NCBI GenBank assembly: GCA_964468955.1
Contig: CAYXXB010000001.1
Span: 1-58,792, forward strand
Direction: 5' to 3'
Length of the DNA: 58,792 bases
Source of the DNA: an uncultured Clostridia bacterium
Lineage (GTDB): Bacteria > Bacillota > Clostridia > Christensenellales > Borkfalkiaceae
Position numbers and translations under genes: made by a program. Shown piece after piece: positions 42,901-45,143 of the stretch (position 1 is its first letter; every line of letters begins with the position of its first letter). The notes beneath the pieces are model-generated. The model worked only from the letters and a program-made list of their open reading frames with translations, did not search any database and had not been told where the DNA came from.

Positions 42901-44489
42901 TTGAGCTTAACCGTCATCGTACCGGTAGTGGCGGTGCTTGCAAGCACCGCGTTCTGCCAGTTGAGGATATCGAGCTTGTTAGTCCACCTTACTTCCGAAC
43001 CCGCACTTGTAGTAACGCGCTTATTATCGGGGTCGATCCAGTAATGGTCGGGATTGGAAGGCTTGAAGAATTGCGTCGGGTCGTCGTTGCCGTTAGCCGC
43101 GCCGTAGCCCGAAGTAATCGCAGCCCAGGTCATACTCGCAATGGGCGTAGATACGTAGTTATCCGTGTATTTTACTACGTGAATTTCCGCGCCGGGCAAC
43201 AGCTTTTCAGAAACCGCTATAACATTGGTTCTTATTGATTTGGCAATGCCTGTACCCTGTCTGCCGCAGTATAAATCCAAGTCGTTGGGGTATTTAGGAG
43301 AAGATGAGTTGTACTCGTCCTGAACGTAGTTGTCCTTTATTACGATTGTTCCGCCTACGTAAAATTTGCTACTGGTATTGCTTCTTACACCGCCCGAAAT
43401 GTAACCGATATTGCCCGATATTTCGCCGCCGAGCAAATATACCTTCGGTGTTGTGTTCGTACCATTCGTAGCATCAATGCCGCCTGCGCCCTGTTGTTTA
43501 CCCATGCCGACGTTGCCCGTAATTTTGCCGCCCTTTATCGTGGTCGTAGAGCTGCCGTGCGTAAAAATGCCGCCCGTACCGTGGGTTGTTTTAGTGCTTG
43601 CTCCGTCGCATAAACATTTATTGTTGCTTATTTCGCCGTTGTGCATTGTAAACGACGTGCCGTTATTGTAAACGCCGCCGACGTTGCGGGGATCACCCGA
43701 AGCCAGATAGCATGTGTTATCGGTGATTTTGCCACCGTACATATCGAACGTAGAGCTACCTGTAAGGGTAACCGCACCGCCCCAACTACTTTTATTGCCC
43801 GTAATTGAGCCGCCGTACATTTCCACATGACCACCGTTAACGGCTACGCCTGCGCCCATATAAGATCCGTTAGAAGAAGAATAAGAATTCCATCCGCCCG
43901 TGATTTTACCGCCGCCTACGGAGTCGGTTATCTTCAGATAGCCTTGAACATATATTACGAAGCCGCCCTGAGTCATAGCCTTGCCGAGACTGCTGACGTT
44001 ACGGTCTATCGTGTGACCCGCCAAATCGAGTTCTATGTACCAACCGCTGGGAACGCGGAGCGCACCCCCATAACGATAGTCGGTACTTGAGGGTTTATAG
44101 TACGCGTTGGAGTTGCCCGTGCCGAACTCCGTTCTGAACGTAGTGGCGTTGGTTGAGTCCTTTACTTCCGCAATCCAGTCGCCCGCAAGCGTTACCTTTG
44201 CGTAATTCGCCGCGTTACCTTTCGCCGTGATAGCCGCAAGCCACGCAGTCTGGTTTGCCGAGTTGGCGTTTGCCGCGTACGCCGTGGTCGTTTCCGCGTT
44301 ATCCGAAGCTTCGTTGTTCCAGAACTTAAATCCCGAAATACCGAATACCGCGGTAAGCACCGTCAGCATAAACAGTATGCAAATAACCGCCGTGCGCCAT
44401 AAACCTGCACGACGAACCGTCCTTACGGAATTCATTCCGTTGCGGTTGTTTGCTTCATTTATCCTGTTTTCCGTGTTCTTGTTTTTCAT
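21936..44489 (-). CDS. 7,517-aa giant surface protein (locus protein E)
   Basis: Uninterrupted 22,554-nt ORF with RBS aggtga. The N-terminus is basic with a hydrophobic helix 'TAVICILFMLTVLTAVFGI'. It carries 14 beta-helix-type modules, an MBG-like/Ig-like repeat array and a dockerin-like C-terminus. Periodic protein-level repeats exist only in this frame. Confidence 0.85.
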   Translation of the reverse strand: MKNKNTENRINEANNRNGMNSVRTVRRAGLWRTAVICILFMLTVLTAVFGISGFKFWNNEASDNAETTTAYAANANSANQTAWLAAITAKGNAANYAKVTLAGDWIAEVKDSTNATTFRTEFGTGNSNAYYKPSSTDYRYGGALRVPSGWYIELDLAGHTIDRNVSSLGKAMTQGGFVIYVQGYLKITDSVGGGKITGGWNSYSSSNGSYMGAGVAVNGGHVEMYGGSITGNKSSWGGAVTLTGSSTFDMYGGKITDNTCYLASGDPRNVGGVYNNGTSFTMHNGEISNNKCLCDGASTKTTHGTGGIFTHGSSTTTIKGGKITGNVGMGKQQGAGGIDATNGTNTTPKVYLLGGEISGNIGYISGGVRSNTSSKFYVGGTIVIKDNYVQDEYNSSSPKYPNDLDLYCGRQGTGIAKSIRTNVIAVSEKLLPGAEIHVVKYTDNYVSTPIASMTWAAITSGYGAANGNDDPTQFFKPSNPDHYWIDPDNKRVTTSAGSEVRWTNKLDILNWQNAVLASTATTGTMTVKLNADIIAVGGKFVAPAELTADANGKMFTDHNEGYNSTSDLWLKVPAAKSIVLDLNGHTIDRGLTAATAVQTTGHVIKVDGGTMELTDTSAAQTGKITGGYNINSSATTAGNGGGIHVSSSGTFTLSGGIIEDNYANQGAGIYINTGTVNINGGIVRNNTAITRSDGTLGNGGGINAVDAGKADININGGEISGNHALKGGGVYLGGTTTAKQAALRLTMLGGKIINNVAETEAGGIGFGFKNNYFAIGDNPVIEGNTANGAANDVHLPSVKLTDTDKIDNGLITIVKPLTTTKKIGVYRDILFTITSGYPANNGTANPANYFTAQKPGCFIDTDETTGEAVMVSAHGADNWSTAVTMSKILNGKLYTVKLTEDWTAVDNATANFGTSFLGDEEADTSTAATNPYWYGSLNVVTGSAIVLDLNGHTLDRGLSDYSVGMMYGNVINIVGGTLYIKDSSTARTGTITGGFVSNNKGLYTGGAITLTNASSTLVVQGGNITGNRSNATDSKGTTMFGAGAIGIQVAGGRVTVTGGTITNNLGNFAGGIGMVSLKSGTLSLGGNPRILNNFQSDDCQEFGVGNPSDIYNPSATAGSTVAHMNDGANYKIEIISPLTSPAKIGIHRPDTNNITLETTNGNIFTRGYGTYNTQPASDFFFSSDTSYGIILEYGLGAAKEATYWIRSAAKNWSDAVNAGRDAVTGQPITVKLYENWIAVDGVFGTGTGFTATGALDLPKSNIILDLNGFRLDRALDSSIEHGYVLNTSGTCRLEIRDSVGGGIITGGYNSTEGEAGGINITSATTYLSIYGGKITDNIGDAGGIATFVDTTFTKANYFAMGGSAVVTGNKNTFDKPLNINLRAKYAQVITFDRTESQLTSPEKSGIYFEASSDFTNGFAHYHTDGAAAHFVADDPDRFVIDSGAETGEAALYTWDNYTNWYNAVTESVKLGTQRKVTLVSHWTADTMGRFGDASDNQSLTNGALWTNAANIILDLAGYTIDRALGSGIDNGFVILIADGGTLKLIDSVGGGKITGGNNTFTSSDDYVGGGINNRGKFIMEGGIITGNRAVGHALSTGGVYTDTHANNTFIMTGGVITDNTGSFTGGVNVSGAAKVYLGGKAQIYGNKLLSGAPSDVLNNGGTVANKINVYSQFESGARIAVAYVGNNYGNLDNNVFTSSFASLNKTIEPKDVFEASDPLKYVIGKRDLGSGIEGMLICIDNEQNWRQGIAATSTAAAPITVTLNRDWLAEDYTTFVTAFGTQTAAYSNGGLNVPAGKYIILDLAGHKLDRRLTTPRTMGYVINVIGNLTVIDSSASKSGVITGGYSTDTGGGITYRDKDATGALTLLGGKITGNIGIAGGVEIARSDNKVLPFSFGDSAIVTGNTNNRLLASDIVANNAVQMIDIISPLTQKGRGLTGFTRDGVGDFTTNFKKFMPSEVPTDFFTSTDPMYVYNFENGEGALYTSSNQLNWLYAVKASVTGNKKQITFKLVDDWLSDAGSFGVDSTVNAFYAANGGALRVPANANIVLDLAGCTLDRGFRAAVDLGYVIRVEGMLKIIDSSTTGKGVITGGFNNSESTNEYDQSSVIAILGNGAVTMEGGTIKGNRATGKQSAAIVLDLTTTTFTMTGGTITENYGGPKDAHTGAGAINLRTSLTLKLGGSAKIFGNKHNFGEYSSDVHFNAANYYVEIVQKFNKSANIGISPNDKVNNYNNATKGKGGVQFTKNFSNFHPDADDTPDRYFFGSWYLWHDVTTIYLDTGREGAFWCMENYTNWVNAVAASSATTTITFELTDNWTAESSEKYGTTFHPSDTSAFKNGAIYLPAKKSIILDLKGFTIDRGLFDGAAVDNGAVITILGNLEIIDSVGGGMIVGGNNKNGGGGIIVDSTGVLTVHGGTITENKGTEGAGIHVIKGGKLTLGGAIDIYGNTDASNAPKNVYIAVKDALINVDKQLVPTQVIGVTRLGNGTVTSGFQTYMPGNSPLECFKSENDNYYGIEGGDGELFFLSPDNFTNWQYAVDQSVKTGGKLQTVRLTDHWTADGDASLGTSFGSGTGFSNGALYVPETANIELDLNGKTINRNITSARQYGLVFVVLGKLTIYDSAEKDENNKAIITGGKNDRNNTNFYAGGIHVGGKATLKMLGGTVSGNWNASTSTNSASGVYVVKGGTFMLQDAAVINNQSTYAGVYIEDGAMFSVSGKAVVEGNKSGAGVQKDVVFGVKTGVMGVTDTLTEGAHIGVYKSVNNYADGSLGGSKITSNYSRYNSEPASTFFFASDDPFHKVIDLTSGGATEAALYCYDNATNWKNAVTYSTTSKTEVTFKLFGEWVATRNNETTSFGSDTTAFTKGALRVPASAQIVLDLNDGLINRDLPRANDDGYVIYVEGKLSIIDTSTGGSGMIAGGWTTGTSINDAKYASGIHVVSKGKLSMEGGAVSDNNGVGVYLAGNNTFSLGGKTRITGNQFSNGNVTNLYLHNETQMINIISEFGSSAQFGVMRAKGSSNFGSGTLTTNYSKYNKTVEPTTYFTSDDNRYMIVDEGYLDDASMEAAFIGKDNLTNWAHAVKTSLANGGRAQVCTLFEDWTADTHGTFTKSFGDISGLSAFYRGALYVPAKCHVILDLNGHIIDRALVSPIKDGEVIYVRGTLVIKDSDPDQKGRITGGFTDGNSTSYSNGRAGGIAVYQGTLSIEGGTITGNKAKNFAGGVYLSGGSTFSMLGGKITGNYGKDYGGVYVDGSATVRLGGSAYIHGNKQLDNLNAVVDQESNVYIQTNTNKLFISDNFREDARIGVSVNVNHVPAAGRYITKDWNLLNNEYEATTVFSTDHPESYSLADYNQDGTHEALMTLRDNKLNWANTVKASQDLKKTQTFVLYDDWRATQTSASSTSFGSGTGYNGGELFVPTNASIIFDLNGNTIDRGYHGRVEGISEGAVFHVEGELIIIDSKAKTDRNGNIVQGKITGGYRGTYGGAICACKGKVTILAGLITDNRSGGAGAISITGGKLALGGTVQFSDNYLTNGRREDITFWSNTSPLIEIASAFVTGEDVTKNDIFVKRNIIGEFTKDWGKYNPTSKPETRFKAAVNTYRVASTGTGAQREAVMLSNNNNDNWVFAVTASLSNKEPQYFSLVDNWTAANYSGGSYTTRFGTNSTAYRSGALLVPAGANIVLDLNGNVLDRNHGLANDIKYPAINVVIIVEGTLQIVDSSIMQTGVIKGGSYGVYVNKDTASLTVGGLIKPDGLVLNGDEANLYGTYGAGTITSNSIYGINVNAGSLTVTGGKITGNTNADVFVSKNTAASVSVGDNAYIYTENRTAGTGLRLENPLGIINVASKLTNDAKIGFSRQSVGQLTKGWGAKNGNDADPYASIFVSEEPAIYNRKTEVFDGYTELSVSSFDNAVNWQFTVDKSLATGEAQEFTLYGCWTAAADEELTTSFGSGTAFRNGALYVPEGAKVTLNLNGHKINRNLKTSVQNGMVIYADGELEIVNNKVDNPAGLIPPTCCDRSEGVITGGANLTGSSGGALHIGATGSVTLTDGKISNNKGESQSASAGAVYSAGKFFMNGGTISSNTAKYSGAVYVAGSGMFVMTGGTIESNTAESGGGAVYTTGTVNFTGGTITKNYAVIGGVYVASNGKFTMDGDALITANTGSSAGAVFVNSGSGTYFTMNGGTISNNKAIGAGGIYSAGKTDILGGTITGNTATGTSENDGGGAIYVTSTGNVTVTGGEITANTGENGIRVYGAGTMSVGGSARIYNNIAMDKTNVGGDREVEPNDYCDIFFNLATKKLNVVSEFTEEAKIGIYRLNAGIFTSGFGMYNDVHPNTVFVSNRSIFAISKTASDDVTNIEASIGTPVDPEPNALETPRTYNGNWQSIIENIDLSMMTIGEYDTTVMRESVGSDGLVKIEAVNAGTYHVAFTLKDTYCWKDGTTDVKVIYTTVTPKTVALKWSKETHYVDGNPVLDDLGIDPICVYDGTTEHKPFVEVAAGYLVTNAITGKLDECTVAISGATKDASGPDGHTAKATGLSNSNYKLGTGAEVEYKFHVLKAERPEFEITTTTAAYNYPTKIEVSGNLENGKLTYEVDASCKSFASFNENGELIAKKYDPDTPVIVKIKVTAGESKNYKQSEATAEITVVRGKLYATIVPAEVTFGTSVQLTLEGEFSATDIIGAIKYTKSLTGDGQASLSESGLFTATGVGKVYVTATVEESVDYEATTIEAVIEIIPKVLTVNWGTSLTTPYSGSPQTLAAPTLEGTNSSDNCTVSVYKAGFLGWDSKKQAPTWSEVGKYDVGLVLSDPVNYKLENDSDYFATFEIVKADLTEDVFKFTSYSASVGVPFKPEVTGNPAGSNVKITKESDTIRGNYDLDRTTGEYTAYTTGTMTFKAVFEGDKNYNPKTIWGVFTIAETDIPLEISPSELTYGDPATEIKLSYKNPNDPNPIPATATATVISLDSSYNAIAELVEIDGKKCILPKAAGTIKIHVEHPAASPYKQTSVDLEVVIKPLPVKVDWTFDTNGYIYNGTAQYPTATITGTLVGSDLCGVTGYEAYQLKDGEYVKVEGGAINAGDYKIKAIFDNANYVIDEDYSANLTIKPLPVDLSWSNTNLVYNGKEQAPTAGVFNIVIIDGEMDECTVTVVGTKNAGTNLTARATELSNPNYTLEGGKNLTEKFTITPKSVTVTWGETDLVYTGERQAPKATAVGLLGKADGLEEDDTTEVVVTGEQVNVNPADNPYTATASSLSNHNYQLDPDVYHTTQFNIVKATPTITLKQTEAIYGTQFILQIDGNAGNGTVTYSLGEGDGVTATLGSGNLLTPIDVGSIEVIVSVAATQNYNGVTEQKYTLPIKPRPIEVSWDDLVFDYDKNPHNPTATVTNQVGGEVLELTLSAAQTNAGTYTATVTGIKLLGDLTNKYTLEGGTDISQEFVINKKVVTITWSNTEFTYDGDDHAPTATIGDLEDGDTCTATVKGAKDAGMNIVAEITELSNSNYTVEGAANETVRFNIYQRLAKLSWSDTELPYTGSEQLPTVEITNLVEGDECTVNLDGAAVDVGTHTATAISLSNPNYTLVFDDDETDPEKRTQIECEFEIVKGKITIELVDDEVTFGSEITLSLVENPSGNDPTFAIVTGGTGSGSITDGTTFKATGAGTVKVSVHVASSANYDEADDEVEVTVKKLPVVIEWVDGEFTYNRTKQTPTASVSNVVDGYPCNVTAIDGSTDAGENLEAKVTAVDNDNYTIEGGTNITTNYAIQPLPVTMITWDSDRTYEYNGDSQGPNATASGIIYPDECKVTVSGWQTNVGDYTAEITGLSNSNYSLVGIVDLTVDFKIVISTPTLTLKTTEVQIGTTKKIEVEGNIGNGDMTYTIVSGGDYGELNGDSLYGKMLGTVRIRVDVAATSNTNAAYVEGDINVVKGQPPLKLERNTVMYGSTLTLTVDDNGGALRDGNGDLMFGNVTFTVVSRYANVAEIVDGNVLKPKSAGTVYVKMETEETDYFDAAKGNNAVTVEITITPRIITLGWKDGTFTYNAKDQHPEVEITNIVGNDKVELVVSGGKNVGDHTAKVTGLTGVDSKNYTLDRTTNKEKDFHINPYVLSLEWGDLTLPYNGEDQTPEAIVELVDGETAECNVILEVEGPHKNVGTYTVKATGVDNNNYELDQTYETTFQIVPADLKPTLTPASIEYGKTEVLTLGGNIDGAPYDLQVDSSNSVGNGVVNNDNGKWTFTATRVGSVKIKVKINGTTNCNPFNGVLEIEVVKAERNVELLTLEGVYGEDLVLEISGNDDDPGLVSFAPAASDNDYAVIVGNKLTPKHAAYVTVIVQVAATDNYKSATVSAQVHIKPRVVEIEWQHHEFEYDGTEKKPEAKVANLINDDECEVTVGGGGTNAGHYTNAHVISLSNPDYTFEGSISASGHMFDIAKKAIKIEIVTDRINVDDEVKLVITGNEGDAPVTVTVDESGNAKIKEGTTDVIVALNKGSVNVTVSVAESQNYFGDTKTKLIIIDKSKLTLTLKNNTIQYGDKKGLVLDVEGNVENQKVYFDKTDMDGSCHLISDNTVLMPDGAGKVIITATIMETENYAKTVAEFEVTITPIVVDLVWHNFEFTYDGKNMFAPTATVRTGLVTNSEGVTDECTINVKGAQLNVGTYKEGTAYADDECLSNKNYSLGGKVIKAPQFVINRAKLSLSFVTKVITIGVSTKLEIAGNMEFGQTLFAMGEVTDTALLDNLGVAAFDDVMTGMITGTQLGYVHVSVTVMPTDNYEGGQAECDILVDKPEAPIELQVTTVTFGDEVSLNPIVTDNSYALGDFDYFVELDLNKVAKNTGEALVSGLAAFKAMKVGIVYVNLHVDATDDFRETDKSIPITIVPRVLGFVWDTDTEFEYNGEEQHPDVVGFTNLVFDPDINDGDITLEYEGSIYASEEATATITALNNENYTLEGSTTATTTFVINPRKVILSWTIGELIYNGEKQAPEATVTNRVKNDVVHVTVDGQIDAGENLTAEAVAVSNSNYTVDGGTNITTTFEIKPYAVNIHWGDLHLTYTGTVNVPTATAVGLKGEVVNVTVEGVGEDTGSCVHASNKPYQAQATGISGNTNYTLNTAGSVVTTRNSIRKMDVSTPEPLITDYYIDKKELTFSSKVTSVEYNGEAQEPSFIPDVFASDTGNLSISYIFDGGVTPVNVDEYDTYISLGGSASSDYKLSADDMQSFKFKITPKKVQVLVTPMNQTAEYTGEAVKLTDWYTLSIVSGLIGDDIGSSLEDIFTSNNLKINPLFKLSDGSTVSSVGARGTYGLSADLTNVTGKLSGNPNYEAEFKLNTEANATLTISGDAALQLTEDSTFKFLHLDTNEMYGFMFMYRVSYDEKGWVHGKDDTDFERVVLGNILPGTFAGEFLDNINPAQLDSIRLYNYDGELVYDCGKDIGIDDSDLRSDESYLIGTGWKVTYGKDESAADVVYLSVLGDVTGEGYCDGDDMSVITNYVAASNTSSLEDLEFLLAALITNSGYVSASDLSEVGSIGNGYSNVEDFLV
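21939..22148 (-). other. dockerin-like C-terminal segment of protein E
   Basis: 'GDVTGEGYCDGDDMSVI...ITNSGYVSASDLSEV' is collinear with the protein D C-terminus. Confidence 0.5.
22900..31400 (-). repeat. alternating array of about 20 MBG-like ('Y(N/D/T)G..Q.P.a.V') and about 14 Ig-like ('.YG......i.G') domains
   Basis: Motifs such as LVYNGKEQAPTAGV, LVYTGERQAPKATAVG, EFTYDGDDHAPTATIGD and LPYNGEDQTPEAIVEL are each followed by 'SN(S/P)NYTLEG....F.I.P'. They are interleaved with modules like 'TEAIYGTQFILQIDGNAGNGTVTYSLG'. Confidence 0.7.
31420..44270 (-). repeat. 14 diverged modules of about 290-310 aa, each with an 'NW..AV' cap, an 'LDL(N/A)G.(T/I)(I/L)(D/N)R' signature and G-rich beta-helix turns
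   Basis: Counted in the translation: IELDLAGHTIDRN, IVLDLNGHTIDRG, IVLDLNGHTLDRG, IILDLNGFRLDRA, IILDLAGYTIDRA, IILDLAGHKLDRR, IVLDLAGCTLDRG, IILDLKGFTIDRG, IELDLNGKTINRN, IVLDLNDGLINRD, VILDLNGHIIDRA, IIFDLNGNTIDRG, IVLDLNGNVLDRN, VTLNLNGHKINRN. Each is followed by 'GG.ITGN.....GG(A/G)(I/V)(Y/H)'-type turns. Confidence 0.8.
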
Positions 44490-44718
44490 AGTTTCACCTA
44501 CTTATCAAACAATGACTTTTAAACTTGTTTTCCTTTTGATTTTGCCTTCGGCTTTTTCAGCCTTGACAATTTTTGTCTTGGTTTTGTTTCGTGTTGTAAT
44601 TGACCGCATTTACCTGCCGATTCAATTACCTAAGTCCCCCTACGGGGGAAGGTTTTTTTCTTGCTTTTTTTATATAGCAAAAGGACATAGGGGTACACTT
44701 TTACACCTATACGATTGT

Positions 44719-44747
44719 ATTTTATCATAGGGCTATATGAATTTCAA
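44719..44747 (-). promoter_or_regulatory. putative sigma-A promoter of the giant gene (TTGAAA-17-TAAAAT) with an adjacent A/T-tract UP-like element
   Basis: On the minus strand: ttgaaa (44747-44742), 17-nt spacer, taaaat (44724-44719). A T6A9T3 tract at 44751-44768 lies immediately upstream. This implies a 5' leader of about 220 nt. Confidence 0.5.
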
Positions 44748-45017
44748 GTCTTTTTTAAAAAAAAATTTATAATTATTGTCTATTTTGACTTAAAACTGCT
44801 ACTTTTTCGACATTTTTTTGTTTTTGAATGAATTTTACTTGTTAAATTTAACTTTGGAAATTTTTTTCACTTTTTTTAAGTAAGTTAAGGAAAGTTTAGT
44901 TGCCGTTCGTCGGTTCTTGTCTGCACGCCGACGGCATTATACTATATGCGCGCGGGCGGGAAATTAGTTATAGGGGGTTAAAAGCCCCACCGAGTTGGTC
45001 CGCTTTACGAGGAGCAA

Positions 45018-45056
45018 ATCCTCCCGAATTTGCCGAACTCGGGAGGGGATTTTTTA
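45018..45056 (+). terminator. orphan plus-strand intrinsic terminator in the intergenic region between genes F and E
   Basis: 8-bp GC stem cctcccga/tcgggagg followed by gga-tttttt. The U-run exists only on the plus strand, where no ORF-track gene is credible. Confidence 0.55.
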
Positions 45057-45086
45057 TGCGCACACGCTTGCCAAATTATGTGCAAG

Positions 45087-45131
45087 CATAATAAAAGCGG
45101 GGTTGCCGATATATGGGCAACCCCGCTTTGG
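45087..45131 (-). terminator. intrinsic terminator of gene F
   Basis: 14-bp stem aaagcggggttgcc/ggcaaccccgcttt starting 15 nt after the F stop codon. A T-rich tail follows on the minus strand. Confidence 0.75.
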
Positions 45132-45143
45132 TTTTTATGTAAT

